Part shown: positions 51,901 to 64,000 of the stretch, in pieces
Layout: the number at the start of each line of letters is the position of its first letter
Position numbering within the stretch: the first letter of the stretch is position 1
NCBI GenBank assembly: GCA_044892525.1
Contig: CM097887.1
Coordinates: forward strand, 56,110,001-56,174,000
Direction: 5' to 3'
Origin: Schmidtea polychroa
Lineage: Eukaryota
Length of the DNA stretch: 64,000 bases
Translations under genes and position numbers: made by a program
The notes under the pieces: model-generated
Database searches by the model: none
What the model was told of the DNA's origin: nothing
The model's input: the letters and a program-made list of their open reading frames with translations, nothing else

Positions 51901-54900
51901 CTTGAAACACACAAAAATGAGCTTGATATGATTCAAACAGAAGAAGTCATTGATGATGATGAAATCATTGCACTGAGTCAAGAAGAATGCACTGTTATAG
52001 ATGTTGTACATATTGCTGAAGATGGTCAGGTTGATGACAGTTACAGCCTAAGTCCAAGCAATTTAAATTGTCACCAAAGCAAGTTCTTCTTCAAACAGCT
52101 CTACTCAATGCATAACCAATGATACAGTAAAAAATTTAAAAGAAGTTAAAGATGATTTACAGCAATTCATTCAAAAGAAAACTACAAAAACTTTAGATGA
52201 TTTTTTAAATAAATAATTGTTCTTTTATTAATAATTTCAGCATTAATCTGGCAATCATAGATTTTAAATTCCTTAATTATCCAAATTAATTTACAATCCG
52301 AAAGGAAATCGATTTCTAATTTTTCGTATTATTGACGGTAATATAATTAAATACTTCTTTACTTATATTACATAAATATAATAATCGGCAAATAATTAAA
52401 AGATGTAATATGTTTTATAATAATTATTATAATAATACAAAATTTGGGGCCCCCCTGTCTGGCCCTAGGCTTCAACCTAAGGGTAAATTCAGGCCTATGG
52501 TTAAGGAATTAATCATCTTAATGACTCGTTGATCTGACCAGAATTTAAAAACTTCTATCTTGTCTCGAAATCATTCATTCCTTAGTTTCTTTTCGCGCAG
52601 ATAATGCATCCTAGTAAATCCTAGATGGCTCAAAATAATTACCGTTAAGATTATTGTAAATGCGACATCTTCGTGGGTTGTAATCAACAAATCTTCAGCG
52701 ATGCCTGGTGGAATAAGTTTCTTTGTTAATTATTTCTTTCTTTAAAACTAGAAATTCATAGATTATCTCTAAATTTTCTCAATTTTTATACACAGCTAGT
52801 TTTAGGATTTTATAAACATTTTTTTTAATATCACTTTTCATCAAATTTTTCTCTTCATTGAAATCACTTTCTTGTTTGCACTTTTGTAATTTTTAAATTT
52901 TTTTTCCATAACATTCTTCCTTGAGATATTCGATATATAATTTACATAATTAATACGTGATTTAGAGCATTCATAATGTTCAGTCTGACACGGTGAGTCT
53001 AATGATTCGCTAATTCTTGACCGTCCTTTTCTATATTGGAGTTTGAAATTGAAGATTTATTGATTTCTTCGATGAATTCACGAAAATCGAAGCCTTACTA
53101 CGAATACTTTTCCAAATAAATATTGTTTGAAATGCGTGACTTACTCAGCATTGCTAATAATTCTCTTCATGAACTAATTCATAACATGCTCCATAAGAAA
53201 CTACTGCTTCGTCACCATTCTCTTCTATTTGAGTTAATACTACTCCAATTGGCCCAAAACAGATATGCGATTCTTTCTAGATTAATAGTTTCATTTTCAA
53301 CACGTTCAAACATTTTTTAGAACAATCCGTTGACTGCAAGCTTATATTATAGAGTTCATTTTGATGAAATTTGCATTTTTCTAGATTTATTTTTAATCCT
53401 GATTTCAGAATACGTTAAAAAGCTTCATTTAGTTTTTCATCTTGTTACTTATCAGCTTTTCCATAAATCGACAAAATATACAATAACACCATTGTATGAT
53501 AGAATCTCAGCGAAATGATGTATTGTAAAGATTAAAGATTCATGCAACAGAGGATTATTGGGCCAATAATCGAGACTGGACAGTGGTTTCACATAGTTTT
53601 CTAAACTTGAACAACGAGTCCCTGAGACTGAGAACAGAGAGTCCTATTAAAAAGGTATTTTGTGATTTAGAATAAAGAAAGAATTCTAAGACTTTTATTT
53701 CAGAGATAATCCTTTTTTAAGTCAGAAATGTTTTAAAGTTTTTGTTAAGAAGTTATGAGCTCATTTAGTTCATCGATAGAGACATTTCGTAAAAGACAGA
53801 CATTCAAACGATAGAGCGCGAGTCAGGATAAAATATGAAAGTTCAAGAGCCAACACGGGAAATTTTTAGTGTTTTATTATATTCTTCTCTGAATCTCTTT
53901 GCGAGTCGCCTAAAAGGAATTGTCAACGGTAATATCACATTTTAGGGTTTCTTTTCCTTTTACAATGTATGTTTGAATACGTTTTTCATTTTCTTATTCA
54001 CCTTTGATCTGATTTCGTTTTCCTTTAACAATTCATTACAACTACAGATCGATTTTTTCGTATTTTCATTGTGTAACAGAAATGTTTTTAACACACTGAT
54101 TGTTTCAAGTATGGATAAAATTTAATCAAATGTTAGAATTTCATTTCTGTAAAACGGTAATTTACAATTTAAACTCATTGGATGACACAGCGAAAAATGT
54201 TTACTTTTTACTTTATTTTTCTCTTTTATGAAATAAACTGGATAAAATATATAAATTACATTAATAGAAATTCAGTAATGAAAACAGTGAAATAATTGGT
54301 TTATATTTAAACTGAAAAAGCAATGAGGGACGGCAAACTGAGTAAGAAGGTAGTGGTGGAAATAAAACATGATTGTTATATAAGAAAACATCTAATTGTA
54401 GAATTTAGTTCAAAAGAACAGAATAAAATATCTTTAATTGGCTTTATTGTGGAGAGGGGATAAAAGTGGGTAACATAGATTAACGAGGATTACTTCTTGA
54501 AATACCACAAGAAATTTAGACAGATGTACTTTAAATGATATCATTTTAATATAGGCATTGTTTGTTATTGTGAGAAATCATTTATATTATGAATTTCATA
54601 TAAGTGGAACGAAGGGGGGGGGCACAGGATAATTGGAATCATTCTTTGAAATACCAAAAAACATTTACACGTATGTTTTATTCTTTAAATCACTCTACAA
54701 TAGATAGTTTGCAATATTGCGAAACATCATTTACAGTATGTTCTGCATTGGGGAGGGAACGAGGGGGATTGGCGTTATTTTTTAGCATTTAATCCACGAA
54801 AACCACCGGATGCATAAATTTACGTATTAAATAACATTAAATAAGTAAGAAAATTTGTTTGTTTTCATAAAACTTTACGAAGTAAATGGAAAATATTAAT

Positions 54901-55710
54901 AAAATGCCTTCCTTTCATTAGGTAACACAGAAACACATGTTGCTTATTATGTCGATTCTGAATTTGTTGAATAAAATAGAAATTTTTGAATAATAAATGT
55001 TTATAAATGGAAAGTAAGTAAATAATTTTTACCAGTGAAACATTGCTATTTTTATTATCAGTAAATTTATTTACTGATACGTGCTTAATTCCAATTGCTT
55101 CGGCTTCTTCACTGTGTAGAGTAAAATTTACGGTTTTAAATACACATTGACCAGTACTATCAAAATTTGGCTCATAAATAGTAATTGGTAAATGATCATT
55201 AATCTCCAAATTCTCAGCATTGAATTTAAGTAAAATTAGTCCCTGTGCATGGCTTTGTAGCTAAATTATGAATAATAAAATTGATTCATTCAAAATTAAA
55301 ATGATTTACTTGAGAATGGACGCAAACATCACGATCATTATAACTTTCATTAACATCATACCAACCAATCAATTCTAGCTCGGGTTGAACTTGTTTTACT
55401 TGTTCAAACCTTTGGTTCATATAGTCTTCGTCAATTTGGTTTTCAATAAGAAATAATTCAATTGCTTTAAGTACCTAAACTTTATTGATAATAAAAATAA
55501 AAAACAGCTTTTTACTTCAATATTTGATGACCTATATACTCCCATCAATGCACCAAAAGTTGGAAGATTTGATTTCTCAGATTTATTTCTCATATAATGA
55601 TCAGAAATACTAAGTATTATAATTGGATGAATTGTCACATGGTTATTAATACTGATATAATTGTTGGAGGCTTGACTATTACTAACAACACCATCAACTT
55701 CCATATTCAT
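48959..55710 (-). CDS. COPS6: COP9 signalosome subunit 6 (MPN- domain), 4 exons, ~309 aa
   Basis: Exons 55710-55516, 55474-55310, 55260-55033, 49300-48959 (930 nt); introns 41, 49 and 5732 nt. MEVD..VTIHPIIILSISDHY..FGALMG..NIE|VLKAIEL..IDEDY..KQVQPELELIGWY..VHSQ..LPITIYE..FTLHSEEAEAIGIKHV..|MHEHLQPQQQAIIMLRNRIEFLIKYIEA aligns with CSN6 end to end. The exon-3 donor could be 9 nt earlier. Confidence 0.9.
49372..50008. repeat. 33-bp minisatellite, 19 full units plus a partial unit
   Basis: Consensus TAAATGCAATTTATATTGATCC(T/A)TAATTC(TCG/AGA)A, head-to-tail with no spacers. Confidence 0.95.
50402..52497. mobile_element. hAT-type non-autonomous element hosting a pogo insertion
   Basis: Perfect 8-bp TSD TGGTTAAG (50394-50401 and 52498-52505). 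Ends CAGAGCCGGATTTACTCTT / AAGGGTAAATTCAGGCCTA (13/19). Confidence 0.75.
50643..52338 (+). mobile_element. Decayed pogo/Tigger (CENP-B HTH plus DDE_1) transposon
   Basis: TA|CAGTCAATTCTCATTAATCCGAA left end and an eroded right end ..ATTGACGG|TA. Transposase remnant 51060-52216: MARKRTEITIHQKAQIC, ISTLSEILKN, FSKG*LYRFKNRF, KAWMTTDLF, LLLDIAPSH, FIMLPINSAAHLQPM, C-terminal KTLDDFLNK*. Multiple stops, frameshifts and deletions. Confidence 0.85.
52560..53640 (-). mobile_element. Decayed Ty3/Gypsy pol fragment (RT, RNase H, integrase zinc finger)
   Basis: Minus strand reads VIVYFVDL..DEKLNEAF*RILKSGLKINLEKCKFHQNEL (RT), IGVVLTQIEENGDEAVVSYG..RELLAM..FKQYLFGKVFVVR..FNFKLQYRKG (RNase H) and LIPPG..THE..HLGFTRM (integrase N-terminus). 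Confidence 0.75.
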
Positions 55711-58026
55711 TTTTAGAAATTAGGAAGAACTAAAAGTTATTTAAATCAAAAAATTCAGTGAATAGTTCAGTTTTGAAATTTAGAAAAATAAACAATTATT
55801 TAAATTTCAATTAAATTATATCATAAATTATTTAAACACATACTTAGAATTTAAATTTTATTTTTTTTATTATTAATAAAATTTAATTTAATTATATTAA
55901 TATATTTAATGCAAAAAATATTCTTATTGAAATTAAATCTGTAATATTTCATTTTGACAAAAAAAACCAATAAAAAAACCATAAACCTACTTTTTAATGA
56001 ACTTGATATATTTCAAAATGACTTGTATTGAAACATGTTTGTTAATAAATGTTGTCGCAGATAGTAATTATAATGAAACTATATATGATTTTGAAGACAA
56101 TTTAATGCCGAACCTAATCATGTAAATATTGTTTTGATAACTATTTTTAGATGCATGTAAAGGGAGAAATATTGGAAAATCTATATTGTTTGATTACGAG
56201 TCGAAAGAATGATAAATACTTTGAAATATATTTTGGTACATGTTAAAAACTTGAAGTGCAAAAGTAAAACAACCGAAATACAGTATTTTTAATAAACTTT
56301 ATATATTATCTTGTAGAGAATTGTATGGGTAAGTTTAACGATTTAAAATATTATTCGGAAAATAATCTTGGTAATGGGAAAATCGAAAATAGTGATAATG
56401 AAAATTTTTGAAAAACATTTTTAATCATGTTGCGAGACGCATGTTTTAGAGTGAAGCAATGAATAGTTCGTTAAAATCGGTTGAGTCGATCATTTGAAGA
56501 TTTAAATTGGAGATTGACAATCCAGCATGTATACTTGTTTAATCACCTTTAGAACTCCCTGTGAGCTCTTGCAGTGAAGTCTTTTTGGGGCGAAAAGTCC
56601 CAGAATTTCTTTTGAATTGCATTCCAAAACTTGAGTACATACTGGGGAAAAGTTTAGATGCAAATGGAAATTATTTTGACAAATAAACTCTACATGACTT
56701 GCTTATTGTAAATAGGAAATATATTTGCGTACATGTATTTATTTCAGCTTAATCTACTTACAATGACTAAAACCTGTTATCTCTAATAAAGATAAAAGTG
56801 CAAATATTGTGACGATATTGAATTGAGAGTCAATAAATATGTTCTGCGTTGGTTCGTAGTCATTTGGGTTATAAAAGAGAACACTGGGAGTCAGACATTA
56901 ACTGGCTTACTGTTAGAAGATGAACAAATATTTAAAGTCATTAAATTGAAATACTATATAATTAGACACAATATATAGAGAATAAATACACATGTGAAAC
57001 AATAACACCGATGAGCTGTGAACAATCTCTACAATAGATATTCAACTTTGGGAACCTCAACATTACTAATTTATATTTAATGTTTTATATTTATTTTTAA
57101 AAAGTTTAATATTTCTTAAAAACTTTATAAGTAAGAGTTTGTCCCTTCTTATCAATATCAATCAAATGGACTGGCTGAACAGTGAGAAATAGGATTACAA
57201 CATCTTTAAAAAGTAAATGTGATAATTATAATTCATTTATAATTATAAATTATAATTATAATTATAAATTAAAATTATAATTCAATTTGTTCAGGATACC
57301 TAAATGAAAAATAACATAATAAATAAATAAATTACCTGGGGGAAGATCGTCATGACAAACGGGACGATCTATGGGAACTCAGAAAAGAAAACACAAGTAA
57401 AAAGAAATTAAAAATGAAAAAGATAAATCAAATAAAAGGAAACAAACAAGAAATTAAAACAAAGGTCATTGTTAATTAAGAAGTACAAAAAAAAGTAGAA
57501 AAATTCTAGAAAAACAAAATAAGGGAAAAAGCCGTATCTTGACAGCTTGTCAAAGATAGCGAAATTGTTGGGAGAAGGCGGCTTAACAAAAAAGGAAAAT
57601 GGAAAAATAACTTGATATCTGTCAGAGATAAGTCTGACGTAGAGGAAAAGGAAAATAGTAAACAGAATTGAACATTCTTACACTTTTGAAACCATAGAAG
57701 ACCTAAGAAAAGGATCTATCCTATATAAATTAATTAATTCAGTACCCCATTGGTAATGAAATATTATTTTGTTTTAAATTTTATTTTTCATTATTGTTTA
57801 ATTGTTGTATAAATAAAACCCTGTCGTATATTATGTTTTACTATTTAAAAATTTATATTAATATTACATATAATTTTATTTGATTATGTTCAATAACGTT
57901 TGTTCGTTTCGTCCGTTTAGTAAGCGTTCTGGATTGCCGTACATAAGAAATGGAAACTAAAATTATTCATGTAATTAACATTATTTTTGTTTCAATAAAT
58001 TGATTTTTTAAAATTATTTTAACATT

Positions 58027-59562
58027 ATGTACATGGAAAAAAATGAAAATAATTATTTATTTTCAAAGAATCAACAAACCCATAACAAAATGAATAATTC
58101 AGTTCAGAGTCAGAAACAATTAATAGAATGTTTAATTTCGGAAACAATATGTGCAGAAACTAATCCTAAATTATGTACCCTTCAAAACCTGAAAACGTTC
58201 CCAACCAATGACAATCAAGAACATACTCAAACACAACTGTCTTCGAACCGTATATGTAACAACAACAAAGCCTCAAAATTTCAAAAACCAAATTTCACTA
58301 ACCAATATTTAATAAATATTTCTCATTTTTCTAAAATGCGATCAAAGTTTTCTGACAAAACTATCGATAATTACATTTCTCAAAAAAAATTGGAATATGC
58401 CGAAGGTAATCCAAAATCGAATACCACAGATCACAGGCTTCATGTATCAAATTCGAATAACAATATCCGAAATAGTCATTCATTCATGGCACTTGGAATT
58501 TCAAGATTTCCCAACATACTTAACAAGATATATTCAAAAAATAATAATAACAACACTGACTCGTCTGATGTTGATTCAATAAATGAAGATAGTGTAAAGA
58601 GAACCGTTACAAATTCTAGTAAAATTACTTCTGATCAAGAAAAAGTAGAAAATAATCCTCGAAATAAAGGTAAAAAGGACAATAAAATTACATCTGTTTT
58701 TTACATTGACTCCTCCAGTCTTTGGAAATTTCCGCCTTGGTTAGTCGAAAGACTGGATTTAGACCAATCTGTTTCCAATATTTCTTCTCTCTGCGTTGAA
58801 GCATATACGAATATATTGTTACGTCAGTTAAAGTCAACTTCGACAGATTTAATACTCTACCAAACTGTGAGAAGAGAATTTTTAAGGACCATTTTAATAA
58901 TTGAATTAAATAATATTGTCAAATTAATGGAGCACATCGAAAAATTAGGCCTTGATAAGAATCTGAAAAATAATATTTTTAAGCATTTGAAATCTATTGT
59001 AGGTGCTCTAGACGATCCTGAAAAGAATTATATTCCAGAAATGGATGAAATGTCCCGTGAGTTAGATGCATTATATATGTTAATAGCTCCTCCTCATGTT
59101 ATGAAGGGTTTATTTTCCTATCATTTTAATATAGTTTATTGTTCATTTCTTTTGTCCAACAGAACAGTAACTTTTAATGAAAAGTGTGTAGGTGGAATAG
59201 TAGATAACACTTGGTTTGCCAATGAAAGCCGTTACATGTGTATGGTTATGATAACTCCTCAAGTTTATGACGATTCTTTGAAAATTGGTTTCCAACAATC
59301 CTCTCCTACAAAATTCCGGGTCGAAGCTTATTTTGATGTCGATAAGGGTCGATTTGGCGGGTTTGAAAAAAGTTTTATAAGTTCACTCCATTCCCACTAC
59401 GCTTTAACTAGAACTCTAGAGTGCTTAATTTATTCATATTTGACCAGAGATGTTCATTGGGTTGAAGATAAAAACATATTTTTGTTAAATGGCCCGGAAA
59501 TCAAAGGAAGTACTGACTTTACCAAAATTTATTTCTCCCTTAACCAGAAAGCTACACTTTAA
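58027..59562 (+). CDS. Uncharacterised 511-aa protein (N/S/K-rich N-half, globular-looking C-half)
   Basis: 1536-nt uninterrupted ORF in very AT-rich DNA where random ORFs are short. No family recognised. The true start may lie in a small upstream exon (57950-57970). Confidence 0.8.
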   Translation: MYMEKNENNYLFSKNQQTHNKMNNSVQSQKQLIECLISETICAETNPKLCTLQNLKTFPTNDNQEHTQTQLSSNRICNNNKASKFQKPNFTNQYLINISHFSKMRSKFSDKTIDNYISQKKLEYAEGNPKSNTTDHRLHVSNSNNNIRNSHSFMALGISRFPNILNKIYSKNNNNNTDSSDVDSINEDSVKRTVTNSSKITSDQEKVENNPRNKGKKDNKITSVFYIDSSSLWKFPPWLVERLDLDQSVSNISSLCVEAYTNILLRQLKSTSTDLILYQTVRREFLRTILIIELNNIVKLMEHIEKLGLDKNLKNNIFKHLKSIVGALDDPEKNYIPEMDEMSRELDALYMLIAPPHVMKGLFSYHFNIVYCSFLLSNRTVTFNEKCVGGIVDNTWFANESRYMCMVMITPQVYDDSLKIGFQQSSPTKFRVEAYFDVDKGRFGGFEKSFISSLHSHYALTRTLECLIYSYLTRDVHWVEDKNIFLLNGPEIKGSTDFTKIYFSLNQKATL

Positions 59563-61396
59563 GAACCAATTTTGTTCAAACAATTAACTTTTCACATTTT
59601 TATTGACATTTATGCATAAAATTATGTTGTTTTATTTATAATTTTATGAAATAATATTAATTTCAAGTCATAATTGTTTAATTTTATATTTTAACTAATG
59701 CGACACCTGGTAAAAAATCTACGGATCAACTTTGGTCATGTAAATATGCCAGTTTCTTAGAGCTCTTATGGTGTTTCTGAAATCATTTAACATACTGTTA
59801 GTAGCTGCTTTTTCATTTGTCGAATATCTGTGTTAATATGATTTTTTTTTTGTATTAAATTTATACTAAAACAGAATTTGAGATCATAAATATTGATTTG
59901 ATGAAAAATTTTTTTGAGATAAAGTCTTGTTAATAAATTTCGTATTGAATGAATTGTAAATATTGAAGATAAATTATATTTTTAACAATAGAACTGCCGA
60001 GCCCGTTAAAATGACGGTTTTTATTTTCTTGCTACAAAATTATATAATTACAAATAATATTTTTTTAAACAATGCATGACTATTTTAGGTGATCAGTGGT
60101 AATTAGTTTTATGAGTTTTTTTAATTTTTAAATGTATTCCAAAGGCGAAAAATTTTATGCTATACCTATTTCTACCGAAACACATCAAAATGACGGGTAC
60201 CAATATCAAGGTGACTGGTGACAATAAAGGTAAACATCTTTAGGATATTTATATCATCTGATTCTATACATCATAAAAACATTCATGCACTTCATATACT
60301 AGCTGTCTGAGTTTGGCTTTATTTCTCACGATTTTGAACACTCAGGTAACAAAATATATTCATGTAGCATTTTGGAATAAAAGTTATATGTTTATATTAT
60401 TTTGAACGATCTACATCTTATGGATTAATTTATAAAGTTAATTTTATATAAATTAACATAATATCCTAAATTATGAACACATCATAATCCAAAATCGACA
60501 AAAAAGATTGTCAAGGTTTAGAAAAATATTTAGTATTATTATTTTTATAATTATTGTTGGTTTATTAATAATTTTTACGCTTACTCCACTCGTGTTATTG
60601 GGTATCAAAAAAATATAGATTTATTGATATCGAATTTACAACACAACAATATCAAAGTCAACTCAAAAATGGCAATAGATTACAATCTTTCATAGTTTTG
60701 CTGGAATCCAATATTAAGAAGGTTATTGACAACGGAATAGTTTTCACCTTTCAATACTTTTTAATTTCTTGCTTTCGATTTTCATCACTTTCTAACAACT
60801 AATTTTTGCTACAACCGTTTTTATACGAATCTGGAAAAACTAATTTCGGTTCAATTTTCAAATCATCTCCACCATCTCACCTACAGCTTCGCCATTAAAG
60901 AAATGAGTAAGATTAAAAACAAATCTTTACTAATCACACAAGTAATTTTGAATTTTTTAAAATTTGTTTCAATAATAATTCGTAAGTACTTTTTAATTAA
61001 TTGGTGACAATAACTAAATAAGTATGTCGTCAATAAGTGAATTGAAGAAAATAAGTGCTTCTGAATAATATTATAATAATTTAAGACAGAATTTTTATAA
61101 TATAAGCCAATTTTAATTCGTTACCAGAACATATTAATTTAAATTTGTATTGTTTCAGCCGATTTCGGCTTCGCGTCTGTGCGCGCGTTATTTTTTTGTC
61201 ATTTTTATCGTGTCTGTGTGCGCACACAGGTGCGGACAATGTTTGGAGAATTAACCGAACTGGGTATGTATTTTTTATTATTATAATTTTATAATTTCGA
61301 ATTGATTTATTTGCAATTTAGTTTCTGGAATTTGGTTGATAAGTTTAGTTATTCTAAAACACGTTTTTTGGAACAATTTGAAATTTGAAAAGAATT

Positions 61397-61875
61397 ATGG
61401 AACATTTGACTTTGAGCGGATCACTTACTGGTCATAATGGATATTACACAGATTGCAACTAACCAAATTTATCCAAAAACTCTTATTTCTGCATCAAGTG
61501 ATAAATCTTTGATTGTTTGGGATGAATTTAAAAGTGATGTTGTTATGTCAAGTGATGGTCAATTTGCATTGTCTGGATCATGGGACGTAACTTTAATGTT
61601 ATGGAATTTAACTGAATGAAGACATTTATACACTTTGGAAAGATTGTGATATTATCAATGAACTTATCTTCTCACCAAACAGATATTGGCCATGTGCTAC
61701 AACTGGCTCGTCTATCAAGGTTTGGGATTTGGAAAATAAAGTTTCGGTTGGAGATTTGAAAGCTGAAGTTATTGATAGTTTTTTAGATAAAGTCTTGTTA
61801 TTAAATTGTTATTAAATAAATCAAAAGCAACTGCGGAAGTCACTTGCTTATCATGGTCAAAAGATGGTCAAACTT
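61397..61875 (+). pseudogene. RACK1: RACK1 (GNB2L1) pseudogene with frameshift and large internal deletions
   Basis: [63 protein letters not shown], then [61 protein letters not shown]. Frameshift after GHNG, a stop at 61617-61619, and the middle WD blades are missing. Confidence 0.85.
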
Positions 61876-63412
61876 ATAAACAAATGTTTAACAAAAATAA
61901 AAACTGCATTGTGATTTCTTTTGCCTTGATTCAAATATAATTATTTATATTTTATAATTCTGAAAATATTATGAACCAGAGTTACAGAAATTCACATCGG
62001 TAATTCACTCCAGTAAAACAAATATTTCATTAAAAAATAATTTTAATATCTAAACGACATTTGAAAATTTTATTAAAAATAAATTAAAGTTATTATAGTT
62101 AAAATAGAAATTTATTGTTTTAATTTCGATATGTTTATTCTAATTTTGCATTCTACGTTGAATTTCTAATTACTTTTTGTTTAAATGAATGTAAACTAAT
62201 TCAAAAATTGTTAAACAACAATTACGAATAACTTAAAGAGCTGGTGTTAGTTAATTAATTTTGGTTGATAAATCTTCAAAAATATAATTATTTGATAATC
62301 AAAAGCGGAAATTCTTTCCGAATGTGCATTCTCAAATTTCACAAGTTCTTGATGGAATTTTATTAAACTAATTTAACGCTAGACGAGTTTGAAAAGCAAA
62401 AAATGCTTATAGCACGCCTTGAAGGCATTTTGACTTAAATTAAACAATTAGAATGCATGTGAAATGAAGTTGAATTTATTTATTACTTCATTACATCTGA
62501 AAATATAAACAAAAATCACCACCGGCTAATTTTGACTGCATATATTTTTGTTAGATTCATTCACATTTAATTATCCATTCTTTCAGAGATAATATAAGTT
62601 TTAGATTTGCCTTGTATGGGTATTCGAATAAAGTCTCGGGAATTCCTAATATCAAATTAAATCCACCAGAAAAAAGTTAGAAATTCTTATTTTTCTTCGT
62701 TCTTTGATTTTTTTTCTAAAAAGAATTTAACATCATTTTACAAAACTTCAGGGAAAAAAAGATAATGAAATTTAATAGGATAAATTTATTTATATAAATT
62801 TATTAAAGTTGGAAATGTAAAATATTTCAAATAAAATTTGTTTTAAATTATAATTTAAATATTTTTTTAAAAATATTAAAATTTATTTATTTTAAAATTT
62901 TAGACAAGTTATATTGGGAAAATCAAATCATCCATATAAACAACAGCACCAAAATGTTGGAGGCGTGTTCTAAAAGTTCCTCGAAATTTGAGAAAACCAA
63001 TCTAGTATTTTGGTAATTATAATAATTTATGCAAGTCTTAATTCAATTGTGTATATTCAATTGTAAAATATTTTTAAAAAGGTTGGAAATATTTCAGAAT
63101 TTAAACAAAAATTATGCTTTGACTGTGCTTTTTTTCACAACCGATAATGTGAATTAAGGTTGTAAATATTTTTTGTAAGTTTAGAGAAATCTTTATATTT
63201 TCATATTGGGATTACTTTTCTCTTAACAAAATTTCCATAAAACACGCTAAATATTATTTAAATTTTTATGACTTCTAAGATCTCAATACAAGAATTCCAA
63301 ATAACATAGTAAAATTATACCCTATTATATCATGTTATATGTATATAAAACATGTTCAAATGACAAGATCACTTCAATTTTATTTCCGAAATACTTTATT
63401 GCATTCATCAAA

Positions 63413-63631
63413 NNNNNNNNNNNNNNNNNNNNNNNNNNNNNNNNNNNNNNNNNNNNNNNNNNNNNNNNNNNNNNNNNNNNNNNNNNNNNNNNNNNNNNNN
63501 NNNNNNNNNNNNNNNNNNNNNNNNNNNNNNNNNNNNNNNNNNNNNNNNNNNNNNNNNNNNNNNNNNNNNNNNNNNNNNNNNNNNNNNNNNNNNNNNNNNN
63601 NNNNNNNNNNNNNNNNNNNNNNNNNNNNNNN
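63413..63631. other. Assembly gap
   Basis: N run. Confidence 1.
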
Positions 63632-63807
63632 NCTTTTGCTGCGAATAATGTATGTAGTGAAAAAATTTTCGATTATAAGATAGTTCTTGTCAATCTATCA
63701 ACTATAAGGACTATCTTATAGTCGAAATTTTTTCATTAAATACATTATTCGCAGCAAAAGGCTTATATTATCACTTCATTATTTTTAATAATAAATTCTG
63801 CTACCAA
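63632..63807. repeat. Second copy of the 41.7-kb palindromic element, between two gaps
   Basis: CTTTTGCTGCGAATAATGTA..TTTTCGATTATAAGATAGTTCTT..AAGGACTATCTTATAGTCGAAA..TACATTATTCGCAGCAAAAGGCTT. The flank AATAATAAATTCTGCTACCAA is complementary to 41667-41687. Confidence 0.8.
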
Positions 63808-63954
63808 NNNNNNNNNNNNNNNNNNNNNNNNNNNNNNNNNNNNNNNNNNNNNNNNNNNNNNNNNNNNNNNNNNNNNNNNNNNNNNNNNNNNNNNNNNNNN
63901 NNNNNNNNNNNNNNNNNNNNNNNNNNNNNNNNNNNNNNNNNNNNNNNNNNNNNN
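63808..63954. other. Assembly gap
   Basis: N run. Confidence 1.
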
Positions 63955-64000
63955 AATAAAATCAATAGTTATTAATTAAATTGTAAAAATATTAATCATT

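Noticed and set aside
57300-57720. Purine-rich K/E-coding-like stretch with an apparent 36-nt minus-strand intron
   Set aside because: Stops in all minus frames next to the donor, an intron below the observed 41-nt floor, and stops in the plus frame.

Overview
Very AT-rich animal genomic DNA, not prokaryotic, with four N-gaps. Of 42 introns I resolved by hand, 40 are 41-58 nt; this fits a compact-genome ciliated invertebrate (an orthonectid-like genome is a guess only). Spliced genes: mitochondrial processing peptidase beta/core-1 (+, 2921-5870), ciliary RIB43A-family protein (+, 12808-14097), a full-length 26-exon type IV collagen (-, 20673-14216) and COPS6 (-, 55710-48959, with one 5.7-kb intron packed with nested repeats). 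A small 4-exon EGF-domain plus transmembrane gene (+, 21149-21565) is missed by the ORF track. It has the ErbB-ligand splice signature and sits head-to-head with the collagen gene. There is also an unrecognised 511-aa ORF (58027-59562) and a deleted, frameshifted RACK1 pseudogene. The ~22-48 kb interval is essentially a transposon graveyard: hAT, pogo/Tigger and piggyBac MITEs, foldback elements, and Gypsy and Penelope remnants. No rRNA, tRNA or CRISPR array could be supported. All gene models and family calls come from manual splicing and motif recognition; no searches were run.
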